IMG/VR virus record: IMGVR_UViG_3300028840_004184 | Location: 96,001 to 160,000 of that record | DNA length: 64,000 bases | Strand: one strand, 5' to 3' | From: a virus | Shown here: positions 10,516-20,494 of the stretch, one piece after another | How positions within the stretch are numbered: position 1 is the stretch's first letter | Layout: the number at the start of each line of letters is the position of its first letter | Made by a program: the position numbers and the translations under genes | Notes under the pieces: model-generated | The model's input: the letters and a program-made list of their open reading frames with translations, nothing else | The model's database searches: none | Told to the model about the DNA's origin: nothing

Positions 10516-10860
10516 TCGGAGTATATAGACATGACGTTTCTTGAATGGCTTGGTGAAAAACAGAATCAGGATTTTGTTTTACTGTTGGCAGTTTTGTTTT
10601 TTGTGTTTGCGGGTCCTCTCATGGTCGTTATTCGGAAGAACAAAAATGACCTGGATGACGAGTAAGTAACTTCTTATATAGCCGCAAGTAAGCGAGATCC
10701 TATATAGGACCCCGGCCATCATACTTCCTCCTGGCTCCGTAACCTGAATAGAGCCCACCTGCCAAAATGGCAGATCCCAGGCCAGAATGGCACCTGAGCC
10801 AAATCTGCACACTGCGGATTATACTATTATCATAGTCCCTCACATAGAAAAAAAGTCAAG
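10507..10860. repeat. Iterated module 1: three AGTAAG-N8/9-TATATAG copies plus (T)GCCA-N3-TGGCA palindromes
   Basis: Copies at 10507, 10661 and 10687; TGCCAAAATGGCA and GCCAGAATGGCA follow. Confidence 0.7.
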
Positions 10861-10966
10861 TGGAAAATAAAAAAAACTTAATTGAGTTTTTTGTTTGACT
10901 ATTTCCTTCTATGATTTATACTCTTAATGACGAGAAAAATAAGGTTAAACTTAAGGAGTATAAGTT

Positions 10967-11185
10967 ATGTTGCCTGTTACAGTTACAAATCTCGGTACTG
11001 GAAAGACTTTGACTTTTGTTGGAATATCACCGAAAAAGGCTGTTGTTTGTGCTTATGAACAATCAAGGGGTAATTTTAATACGTGGACCTATGATGAAAA
11101 CAAGGCGATTGTTTCAACTAGTGGTGCTACAGTATCTTGCGGTGATTTTTGCAGTATCATTGATAGGAGCAAGATGAAATCATGA
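10967..11185 (+). CDS. Hypothetical early protein
   Basis: Promoter plus AAGGAG RBS. Confidence 0.65.
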   Translation: MLPVTVTNLGTGKTLTFVGISPKKAVVCAYEQSRGNFNTWTYDENKAIVSTSGATVSCGDFCSIIDRSKMKS

Positions 11186-11523
11186 ATCCTAATTTAGAAG
11201 GTATTATCGGTTTTATTCCAATAAAAGATATTAAGCGTATTTTAACCAGTTATAATGTAGTATTTTATGATGATGATTTAAATTGGCAATTAAGGGCATT
11301 ATTGTTAGAGAAAATCAAAGACGGCACAATTCCCGATAGTGCTATCCATAATTTTCTTTGATTTATTCTTGACTATTGTTTTCTATCTAGTATACTCTTA
11401 ATAACAAAGACAAGGATAAGTTTTTTCAGGAGTTTAGATTATGAAACAATGGTACGCCATAGAATATTATGATAAATCTGTTTGGGAAAAAATAGCTAGA
11501 CAATCTATGGAGCAAAAAGGGGC

Positions 11524-12366
11524 TTGTGTCGGTTCATGGGGGGTATCGTAACAATGAATGCATCTGTTTTTAAAACAAGCCATTACAAACAATTCATTAA
11601 TGGTAAACGTCCTAAAAAATGGTCTCCTACCATAAGTATCAATTATGGGAACGAAAAAACTAGACCACGTAAACGTGGCGGGTTTAAGGGAGAATCCCTT
11701 GATATTTGGTCAACCGATGTAACTAAAGGATGTGACAATGGTTGTGTCGAATGCTATGCTGCAAAAATGTCGGCTATGGCTATGCGTAACTTTGGTTGTG
11801 TCAAAACCGTTAAGCTTATTGGTAAACCTAAGGGGAATCCTTTTATATGGACGGCGGGACAAGGGGATATACCTAAGTGTATTATCGATAGCAAGATAGG
11901 GGTTATCGTAACGGTTGATCCTATGCGGGAAAAATCCTTTGTCGATAATTCTATCAAGGCTGTATTGTCGGTACCACCTAGGCAAGTTTTGATCGGTTTT
12001 CGGGTATATCCTAAAAATATGGTCTCAATAGCTAGATGCTTGAAGCTTGCAAAGTATTTTCGAGCAAAGGGTTACAAGGGCATCTTTCATATGATTGTCC
12101 GGATAAACTCTTTAGAAATGGCTAGCAGGCTTGATTCTATCATATGCCCTAAAGGAAAAGTCAACCGTAAAATCTTCTATGAAGATAACAAAATTCCCGG
12201 TCTAGGCCTAGCTTGTGGGTCAAAGGGTAACGGCACTTGTGCCGATTGCATGTTTTGTTTTAACTATCATAATGCTACGCATAGGGTTGGAACATCTAGC
12301 GATCCTCTAAGATACCCTAAACATCTTGTGTCGGAATTCAAAAGAGTTGGATGGATAAAGTCTTAG
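11524..12366 (+). CDS. Radical-SAM-like Fe-S protein
   Basis: KGCDNGCVECYA (CxxxCxxC) and a second Cys cluster C-x7-CADCMFC; likely start ATG at about 11554. Confidence 0.55.
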   Translation: MCRFMGGIVTMNASVFKTSHYKQFINGKRPKKWSPTISINYGNEKTRPRKRGGFKGESLDIWSTDVTKGCDNGCVECYAAKMSAMAMRNFGCVKTVKLIGKPKGNPFIWTAGQGDIPKCIIDSKIGVIVTVDPMREKSFVDNSIKAVLSVPPRQVLIGFRVYPKNMVSIARCLKLAKYFRAKGYKGIFHMIVRINSLEMASRLDSIICPKGKVNRKIFYEDNKIPGLGLACGSKGNGTCADCMFCFNYHNATHRVGTSSDPLRYPKHLVSEFKRVGWIKS

Positions 12367-12635
12367 ACGCCGACGGGCTAATAATAAGGAAAAATAACCA
12401 TGATGGAAATTATAAAAATCCTTTGTTTGTTTATAGCAATTTTGTTTACTATATCATGTTTGTTTCGTGCCCATGCTAAGAATGATATTGCATTCCATAA
12501 CATGGTTATGATGAGTATAGGATGGACGGGATTTATTTATTTGCAATTTATTTACAAATAATGATTTTTGATTTGACTATCCGAATATGTTGAATATACT
12601 TTTATAACTAAGTCACATTTAAGGAGTTACGAAGC

Positions 12636-13049
12636 ATGGAATTGATCAATACTCCAGCCGATCAAATCTTTGAAACGGTTGCCGATTATGAAAAGGCAAA
12701 AGGTAATTTCAAAACCCTGAAAAGTGATATTGAAGTCTTTGAAAAGGCTTTGATTGAACAGGCGGGTGAAGGAAAAAGAGACTTTGTTTTTCCTGATGGA
12801 ATTCTCGTTATCCCCGAAAAAGAAAGGTCTGGAGATAGCCCAGCATACAAGGCTATGTTTGAAGCTATTAAGGAGCGTATAAACGACGGCTCTATATGGA
12901 CGGATAGCAAAGACGACGTAAGGCTATGGCTTGAAAATCTTTGGAATGATAAAAGAGGAAACAAGTATAAAAGCCGGAAACCCAAGATAAAAAAGGAAAT
13001 CGCATCTAAGAGCAAAAGAAAAGCCAAGAAAATGGCATCTGCGAGTTAA
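12636..13049 (+). CDS. Hypothetical early protein with basic C-terminus
   Basis: Own promoter, RBS and terminator. Confidence 0.7.
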   Translation: MELINTPADQIFETVADYEKAKGNFKTLKSDIEVFEKALIEQAGEGKRDFVFPDGILVIPEKERSGDSPAYKAMFEAIKERINDGSIWTDSKDDVRLWLENLWNDKRGNKYKSRKPKIKKEIASKSKRKAKKMASAS

Positions 13050-13106
13050 ATAGATCTCCTCTAACCTCCTTGTCATCGCCGGTTTACATCGGGTAGACCG
13101 GTCAAG

Positions 13107-13140
13107 AGACCGGGCGAAAGCCCGGTCTCATTTTTTATTT
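13107..13140 (+). terminator. Intrinsic terminator
   Basis: GAGACCGGGC-GAAA-GCCCGGTCTC followed by ATTTTTT. Confidence 0.85.
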
Positions 13141-13224
13141 AAAAACAAGCTTGACGTTTCCGTTTCATGGGATATAATATACATAACAAGGCAATAAAAG
13201 GTTAGTTATTAAGGAGTTAAGGAT

Positions 13225-14903
13225 ATGTCAAGAGATAATGTCTATGGTTTCTGGGCGGGAAATCTTAAGCTTGATAATAGCAATTCTGGTAAATCTTTGG
13301 TTGTTTCCGACGGAAAAAACAATTCTATAAGGGTTATCAGAACACAACAGGGTTTGTTAATTGACAATCTTCAAGGTATAGTCAAGGGCTCAAAGGCGGT
13401 CATAGACTCTATGGAATTTCTTAGGGCTAAGCCTGTTACGGAGCAAAAGAAAGCGGGATTAAGGATTGACATCAAACTATTAGAGAAACAAGCCAATCAA
13501 ATTGGTATAATGCATCAAGAGATGAAAAACGGTCTTTCTGAAAATGATGATGATATGCTTGAAGGGTTATTAAACTTTGTAACTAGTGCTCTATTCCAGC
13601 TTAAGGAAAATGGGGCTGTAACCCTTATTGTAGCTGATTAAGGAGAAAAAGAAAAATGAGATATAAAACGTCTAATACAAAAGAAGCTAAGTATGTCCGA
13701 CGACATAACGTCTATCGGTGTATTTGTGGCCGAAAAAAGATTATGCCTTTCAGAACAAAGGTTTTTGAAATGATATGGTGTCCTAGGTGTAAAAAGAAGA
13801 CTCTTCATGAAACGCCATAAAAATCAATGGTACAAGGTATTATGGAGAAGAATACATCGGAATATCCGTATTATATACCTTAAAATAAACAAAAAAAGAT
13901 ACAATGAACTACTTAAAGAAAGACGGGGAATCGCTTGCAAGGTTATCTTAACCCATAAGGAGGAAAAAGAGTTAAGGAGGATTAATATTTTGTTAGGTAA
14001 TGGCCCCTTATACATATTTTCAAAAAAGGAAATACAGGATGCGTTGCGAAAGATGTAAACGACATATAGAGAATGATAAGAATAGGGAAAAAGAAAGAAT
14101 CTGGTCAAACATAGCTGAATTGACAAACGTGTTAATGTGTCAAGCGGCGTCAATACCTACTTCTTATGGAGAGAAGAGTTATAAAGAAGTTAAGGACCTT
14201 ATTTATCAACAGATTAAGGATATTGTACTAAGAAATGATCAAGAGACTTTGAAGCATTGTTTTAAGGAAGAAGTATAATATGCTAATCCCACAACTGATT
14301 ATAAAAATAAGCCTTGCGGAGTTATCAATAGGTAAAAATGATTCTTTTGATGGGCAATACGAAACAGCGAGAGTTTTAGAGGCTTTTGCAGAAAAAATAA
14401 GGAAAGAAGGTATACCCGAAGTTTTAGCAGATATAAAAGATAATAAAGATGGAAGAACCGTAGGCTTTGCATATCTTCATTGTTAAATGTATTAGGTTAT
14501 GGAGTAAAGAATTGTGAAAACTTTTAACATAGATACAAAACTATTATCTAGACAATTAAACCTAATAGGACAATTAATCAATACCCTACCAGATGATCAT
14601 TTCAAGGAAAGGGATACGGAATTGTTATCTGGTATCCTCGATATGTTTTGTTCTATTGAAGCAAGCATTATGCGGGATAATGGGGTTATGCTTGTTGAAC
14701 ATAAGGAATTAACAGAAAAGCAAGGGGTTACGGAGCAAGAAAAAACATATTTCATAAAAATACAACAAGAACTAGTATACACAAACAAAGAAACAAATAA
14801 TAAAAAAGAAGCAATAGAACATGCAAGGCGAGATATGATCGAAAGGTTACAAAGGGGGGAAATGGACAATTCTATTTTCCACATCATTGAAGTATCATCG
14901 TAA
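13225..14903 (+). CDS. Cluster of small hypothetical ORFs (13225-13641, 13807-14058, ~14039-14278, 14280-14486, 14514-14903)
   Basis: Co-directional ORFs after a promoter; 13225 and 14514 share an IDxKLLxxQ...L-x-G-x-L motif. Confidence 0.6.
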
Positions 14904-15083
14904 CAGGGGAAACAACGGGATTCGGTAGTTTTAAACTAGGTTCATTGTCAACATTATATAAGCCCCTTGTAAATGTACATTAATCCTCGAAGCAAGCGGG
15001 ATTTTAACGAAAGGTATCGATAATGCGTGATTAATTCTGAAAAACTGATTTGACTTTTCTTAAGGGCAGGGTATAATAAAAGC

Positions 15084-15250
15084 AGAGAAGAGTAGTAGTG
15101 AGTAGCTTAACTGGGGGACGCGTACCTGACTTACTATAACAAAAGTTAAGCCTTCTCTTTAACTGGGTGATGACGAAAGTCAATATTTCCGGACTCATGA
15201 TAGTTTGCCGGAAAAGCCCCTCATGGAAATTGCATGGGGGGGACACCCTA
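15084..15250 (+). ncRNA. Putative structured RNA: H-type pseudoknot plus four-way junction
   Basis: Crossing stems 15096-15103/15129-15136 and 15105-15112/15144-15151, closed by 15084-15090/15152-15158; GGGTG/CACCC encloses three hairpins; begins at the TSS of the 15050 promoter. Confidence 0.55.
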
Positions 15251-15277
15251 TTTATTTTTAGGTTAAGGAGTTAGGGA

Positions 15278-15475
15278 TTGACTAATTTTAAGCTTAAACT
15301 TAAACGCGTATTCGCGGGAAGGTATATAACTCATAGTCGCGATTTTATCATTAACAAAGATAAAGACGGGTTGTGGAAAGTCATACCTACGAAAAGCCCG
15401 TTGATGCATATCCTAGAGGCCGAGACCTTAGGTTTAGTCCGGGCTTATTATGAACAGCATGGAACATTTTACTAG
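15278..15475 (+). CDS. Hypothetical protein
   Basis: AAGGAG RBS, TTG start. Confidence 0.5.
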   Translation: MTNFKLKLKRVFAGRYITHSRDFIINKDKDGLWKVIPTKSPLMHILEAETLGLVRAYYEQHGTFY

Positions 15476-15484
15476 GAGGTTTTA

Positions 15485-15928
15485 ATGGGCTGGAGTTTTT
15501 GTTTTGCACACACAAAAAGAAAGATGCTTATTGAAGACTTGTGTCGTAACTGGTCTTATACGGGTTATAGAGGGACCCTCTTAACGATTAGAGTAATAGC
15601 CCATTGTTATCGCGGAAATCCCGGTAACGGGATATTATGGAGCGTACAGGAGCGATATAATGAGAAGACGGGGGAAATCGAAGATAGGATGATCCGTTGT
15701 GATAAGATGCATTATAGTCGTTTCGATGGATGTTGGGGCTATAAGCCTATGTGTGAAAGGGAAGGTCCCTATTATTATTCGTGTCCTCAAAGGTATTTAG
15801 ATATGACTCCTAAGGAAATTAATCCAGGATTTAATCCATCATGGAGAAATACGGTTGAAGGACTCCATAACATGAAGAAAACAACCAGAAGTTTAAAAAA
15901 ACTAAATAAAAGGATTGCGGTGTCATAA
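15485..15928 (+). CDS. DUF6927-like protein
   Basis: MGW...WGYKPMCEREGPYYYSCP..YLD...WR pattern. Confidence 0.6.
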   Translation: MGWSFCFAHTKRKMLIEDLCRNWSYTGYRGTLLTIRVIAHCYRGNPGNGILWSVQERYNEKTGEIEDRMIRCDKMHYSRFDGCWGYKPMCEREGPYYYSCPQRYLDMTPKEINPGFNPSWRNTVEGLHNMKKTTRSLKKLNKRIAVS

Positions 15929-15949
15929 CTCCATTGTTTTCCTCCAATT

Positions 15950-15980
15950 AGGGCCGGAATTTTTCCGGCCCTTTTTTATT
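15950..15980 (+). terminator. Intrinsic terminator
   Basis: AGGGCCGGAA-TTT-TTCCGGCCCT followed by a T-run. Confidence 0.85.
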
Positions 15981-16057
15981 AAAATGTTTGACAATGGGCA
16001 AAGCCCATGATATACTCTTAATAGTTAAGAAAAACTAAGCTTTAAGGAGCTAAAATC

Positions 16058-16542
16058 ATGGCAAGGACCATCACACTAAAGTATAGTGGTCGCTGTAAAG
16101 ATTGCGGTGCTTTTCTTCCAGCCGGTTCACGGGCTAAGTATTATGGACGTGGACGTATCTATGGGATCGGTTGCCATAGTAAGAAAAACAAAACTGCTTA
16201 TGAACAAGGTGATAGATCCCCCGGAGCGATAGCAAGTCATTTTGATCGTACAGGAGTATATAGCTATGATGGGCGGAAAATAGGCTCTACTTGTGGGTGT
16301 GAGGATTATCCTTGTTGCGGTCATTAACTCTTAAGGAGCATATAATGATTTTCAAAAATATCATCCATGCAAATTTAGGCATTATACTTGCAAGGGAATC
16401 TAAGAAGGCGAGAGGGGAAAGGCATTACTGCCCAGATTGCGGGAAGGAACTAATCATTGATGATGGGGTAGCTTATTGTCTTATGGAGGAGGGTGGTTGT
16501 GGATATTCGTTTGACCCTAATTATAAAAGGAATATAGGATAA
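16058..16542 (+). CDS. Two small Cys-rich (Zn-binding) ORFs (16058-16327, ~16345-16542)
   Basis: KYSGRCKDCG...CEDYPCCG; CPDCG...C...CGY. Confidence 0.6.
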
Positions 16543-16707
16543 TGACTCTTAAGAAAACGCTTGAAGAGAAAAGGGAAGCTTTAGCAAAACGGGATATGGA
16601 AATATTAGATGGTGAATCTTTGTTCCATATTTTCTTGCATGGATGTACCGGATATAATAATATGTCTGATGAAGAGGTAGAAGAATTGTATCTGATGTTT
16701 TTCAGCG

Positions 16708-16890
16708 AGTAAGTGAAAACCGTATATAGGTTAAGAGTAAGTGATTTCTGTATATAGAGGGATCGGCAAGTAAGTATCTCTTGTATATAGAGACGTAGGA
16801 AAACGCCCCCATGCCATATCGGCAGACCGGTACCGTCATTCTGGCAGTGTGCAGAATTGGCACATGTCACCCTATGGTAACATAGGGGAT
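16708..16890. repeat. Iterated module 2: three AGTAAG-N9-TATATAG copies plus palindromes
   Basis: Copies at 16708, 16736 and 16769; TGCC-N5-GGCA and ATGTCACC-N4-GGTAACAT follow. Confidence 0.75.
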
Positions 16891-17196
16891 TCCGATCAAG
16901 TGTATCATATTTAATGAGACAATCAAGGAAAAAATAAAATTTTTTCGGCGGGGTGATTTGGTGTGAACAAAATTCTACACCGTCCTGCTATCTTCCCGGC
17001 TCTTTATTCCGGAGTTTCAAGTTTATTTATACTGGTAACTTTTCTTATCCAGTCTTTTGTTTTGTTATCTCTATTATACTATATATCGACATACAATCAA
17101 GTAAAATTAAGATTAAATTTTCATTTGACTACATATTTTTATCGACTATAATAATGGAAACGAAACAACAGGATAGAATCATAAGGAGTTAATAGT

Positions 17197-18120
17197 ATGA
17201 AAAAAACAAAGCTAAGCTTAACCGAAAAGAAGATAGCAGAAATGCTAACTGAAAATACAGGGACTCATTTTTTAGATTCCGGCGGGGCATATGGTCGAAA
17301 CTGGGAAAGAAACCAGGGAAGGAATTTCAAAGCTGAAAATGAAACATCTTTTCGGGCTAGCAACGGCTATCTTGAAATAACGCATAATCTTTTTCACTGG
17401 TTATCGGAACGGTTGGAATATTCTCCGGAATGGCAAAGAAGATTTTCTAGGTTTGCTAATAGAGAAGAGGAACAAAATAATTCTTGGTTTGAAACGGTTG
17501 ATAATTTCCTAGGATACTTAAGAGAAAAGGGGCATGAACTAGGCGGGATATATGGGGAAGGTGAGCCCCTAACCGTTAATACTTATAACGGGGAAGATTT
17601 GCTTTCACAAACAATTCAATATACTTATTTTACTTATAATGATTCGGAAGTAGTTATTGCTCTTTTCATTCATGGCGGTTGTGATGTTAGGGGGGGATAT
17701 ACAGCACCTAAATTTTTCACTGAAAATGGCAATTATTCCGAACTAGCTATATTAAATAATGCCGATGCTAGAATATACTGTCAAAACAAAAACGATCGTC
17801 ATTCATGGTATACTGATGATGGTTGTCATTTTTACGGGGATAATCAGGAACCGGATATAAACGGCTTTAGAAATAGCATGGAATTCATTGATTTTACTGA
17901 TGATGAAAATGATTATCCTTTTTCTATTGACAAGAATGAAAAGGGGGATATAATTAATGTATTCCATGAGGGGAAAATTATTGATTCACCTTTGAAATCA
18001 TTCAAGGGTATTCCTTTTAATGAGGTACCGATAGAAGAAAAACTAATTTTGCCTTTCGACGGGGAAACGGGAAAGGCTTTTTGTCCTATATGCGGGGAAG
18101 AATTGCTAGCCCATAGTTAA
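17197..18120 (+). CDS. Conserved hypothetical phage protein with C-terminal Zn ribbon
   Basis: LTENTGTHFLDSGGAYGRNWERNQ, NTYNGE..LSQ, HGGCDVRGGYT, CPICG. Confidence 0.7.
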   Translation: MKKTKLSLTEKKIAEMLTENTGTHFLDSGGAYGRNWERNQGRNFKAENETSFRASNGYLEITHNLFHWLSERLEYSPEWQRRFSRFANREEEQNNSWFETVDNFLGYLREKGHELGGIYGEGEPLTVNTYNGEDLLSQTIQYTYFTYNDSEVVIALFIHGGCDVRGGYTAPKFFTENGNYSELAILNNADARIYCQNKNDRHSWYTDDGCHFYGDNQEPDINGFRNSMEFIDFTDDENDYPFSIDKNEKGDIINVFHEGKIIDSPLKSFKGIPFNEVPIEEKLILPFDGETGKAFCPICGEELLAHS

Positions 18121-18172
18121 GTCTCAATTGCCGACGGGCTTAATAGGGGGGATTTTAAAAGGAAACGATAAA

Positions 18173-18643
18173 ATGAGCAATGAAGTTTTAGAAACAAGGG
18201 TAAAAGGGGTAAATAATGCTCATAAATACGGAAATGAACTATATCGTATTTTAGTAAAGGTTTTTAAGCCTTTCATAGGTCAAAAGGTTATCAAGAAAAC
18301 AGGGGGATTAATTCAGAAGGTACAAAGGGCTATTGATTCTCTTAATTTACCTTGTAGTGTACCTATACAAGTTTATAGAAATTCATTTAGTGATTATTCC
18401 CTTTCATATGTTGTTAAAACTTGTGAAACATTAAATCAAAGGGCCTATTATTATGAAGTAAGTATCTATATCGGGAACATAGAAAACGGAATCTTAAAAG
18501 ATATTGATTATCCTTTTCCTAATTTTAAAACAGATTATAAAGCGGAAACAATTAGAGAAAACAGGAAAATATATAAGGAACTGCAAGAAAAAGCGGATAA
18601 AGCAAAAAGCAATTTATTTCCTTTTGATACGTATGATAGATAG
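18173..18643 (+). CDS. Hypothetical protein
   Basis: Likely start MSNEV after AAGGA. Confidence 0.6.
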   Translation: MSNEVLETRVKGVNNAHKYGNELYRILVKVFKPFIGQKVIKKTGGLIQKVQRAIDSLNLPCSVPIQVYRNSFSDYSLSYVVKTCETLNQRAYYYEVSIYIGNIENGILKDIDYPFPNFKTDYKAETIRENRKIYKELQEKADKAKSNLFPFDTYDR

Positions 18644-18701
18644 CATGTCTAAATCTTAGTTTTTGATTTGACTTTTCTTTTCGCGGGGATATACTTAGAT
18701 A

Positions 18702-18911
18702 ATGCCGACATATGATTATCAATGTAAAAACTGTGGAAACACATTAGAGAAATTTCAAGGCATAACCGATAAGCCCCTTAAGAGGTGTCCTAGGTGCCGG
18801 AAAATGGCTCTTAAGCGAAAAATAGGACCGGGAAGTGGTTTTATATTCAGGGGGGAGCCGTTTTCAGCCAGTACTGAATATCTAGCAAAAAACAAGGATA
18901 AAAACAAATGA
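18702..18911 (+). CDS. FmdB-family (CxxC_CxxC_SSSS) zinc-ribbon protein
   Basis: MPTYDYQCKNCG...CPRC...GSGFIFRG; appears leaderless (ATG 6 nt after the -10 box). Confidence 0.85.
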   Translation: MPTYDYQCKNCGNTLEKFQGITDKPLKRCPRCRKMALKRKIGPGSGFIFRGEPFSASTEYLAKNKDKNK

Positions 18912-20038
18912 GCAAAGAAAAGGAAACGTATCCTCTAGCTGATTATCATTCAATGGCAAATCGGGCCATTAGAACCGGCGATTTTAGAAAGCCTAAAAAA
19001 GGGGAGTGGTTTCTTAGTGGGGCGATACCAGAGGCATATAAAGCCCCTAATGATTTGTCTGTTGCATATTATATCATGAGACCCGTCAAGGCTAAAACTA
19101 AAACCGTATGGATTATTAAAGAATATTATTAATCTGTTGACAAAAAGAAAATCGGGGATATAATTAAATCAACAGGAACAAACCGCCGTTTACTTTTTCA
19201 GTTAAAGAGCAGGGGGTAACAAATGACAAATACAAAGACTCTTAAGGCAGTGATTCAAAAAGAATTCCCGGAATTGACTGATCAATATTTTGATGCTCAT
19301 GAATCAGATCTTTATGTTCAATGGGTGCCGGGATTAAGGCATTTTTTGCGGCATAACTTAGGCTTGCCAAGTATTCAAACATTTATGGATGATATAGACG
19401 GCTTAGCATGGCTTGACATTGCTTTTATGAATGATAATTTCTGGGATAGATTTAACTATCTGTAAAATAAACCCCTTCTTTTCCTGTTGCTATAGGCGGG
19501 GGGATTTATCCCCCTGCCTAGGCTCTTAAGAGGAAACAATATGGATAAATATAATATTCAATGGAAAAATCGAATAATCAATAATCAACCTGGTATATCA
19601 TTAAAAGAAACTGGGTATTATTTTATTGATCATTATGGGTGTTGGCATAAAGTTAAGGTTATTGCTATAACCGATAGCAAAACAGCAAAAAATAAAATAG
19701 ATGATGAATTTTATATGATAGGGGAATATCCGGAAAATTATTAATTTTTCGTTGACAATATAAAACAACAGGGTATAATTGAGTATCGTAACAAAAGGAA
19801 GTTTTTTTAGGGGTCAAAAATTATGAGTACAATCGGAAAAGTCATCATGGGTGCCGGTCGGGAAAAATCGTATACTTCCCCCACCTCCCCCCTCGTTTAT
19901 CTCCGTCACGAGGTTGATTTGAACGGGGATTTTATGGAAGAATGGAAAAAGCTCGACGATACCACCAAAGAATGGTATCGAGCCGCCGCTCTGGCGGAAA
20001 TGGAAGCAAATAATATTCCTGTCCAGGGTAAAAAGTAA
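18908..20038 (+). CDS. Small hypothetical ORFs (18908-19132, 19223-19465, 19541-19744, 19823-20038)
   Basis: Each follows a promoter or RBS. Confidence 0.6.
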
Positions 20039-20079
20039 AATTGTTGTAGTGGATTGTAAGCCCCACTAATTTCATGGAT

Positions 20080-20119
20080 AAGCCCCGTTGTGGATCGGCC
20101 ACGGCGGGGTTTTTTTATT
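20080..20119 (+). terminator. Intrinsic terminator
   Basis: GCCCCGTTGTGG-ATCGG-CCACGGCGGGGT followed by a T-run. Confidence 0.8.
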
Positions 20120-20149
20120 GCTATCTGGGGACCGGGGTAAAGCCCTGCG

Positions 20150-20390
20150 AGTAAGCGGTTTTAAGTTATATCGCGAGTAAGTAGTTTCCCTCTATAGGTG
20201 GCAAGTAAGCGGTTGTCCTATATAGGCACCCTGCCGGGGGGGTGTTACCGAGTGGTAACGTTACCGAATGGTGACGCTCAATGTTACCAAAATGTGACTT
20301 GTAGTCAAATGGCGACATGTTACCGAAAAGTAACATAGGCAGATTTTAGGTATATGTTAGCATTATACAATACAAAAGAAAAATCGTCAA
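20150..20390. repeat. Iterated module 3: three AGTAAG...T(A/C)TATAG copies, GTTACC-N4-GGTAAC-type palindromes and a leftward promoter
   Basis: Copies at 20150 (degenerate), 20176 and 20204; GTTACCGAGTGGTAAC, GTTACCGAATGGTGAC, GTTACCGAAAAGTAAC; - strand TTGACG-N17-TATAAT at about 20390-20362. Confidence 0.75.
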
Positions 20391-20494
20391 TATGAATTTT
20401 TTTTTATTAAGTTATTGACTATATTATTCCGACAATATATAATAGTATTATGTTTTTTTGTTATTTGACAAATCATCTTTTAAGGAAAAGCATT

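Larger units (their letters stand above)
10895..19779 (+). promoter_or_regulatory. Series of near-consensus sigma70 promoters (-35 boxes at 10895, 11369, 12573, 13151, 15050, 15988, 17125, 18668, 19137, 19752)
   Basis: TTGAC(T/A/G) with TATA(A/C)T; nine have 16-bp spacers, 15988 has 17; A/T-rich upstream tracts. Confidence 0.8.

Noticed and set aside
15165-15182. Hammerhead ribozyme from TGATGACGAAA
   Set aside because: No CUGAUGA core and no stem II between the core segments
10507-20225. CRISPR interpretation of the AGTAAG...TATATAG repeats
   Set aside because: Short bipartite motifs with 8-9 variable bases; no repeat-spacer periodicity
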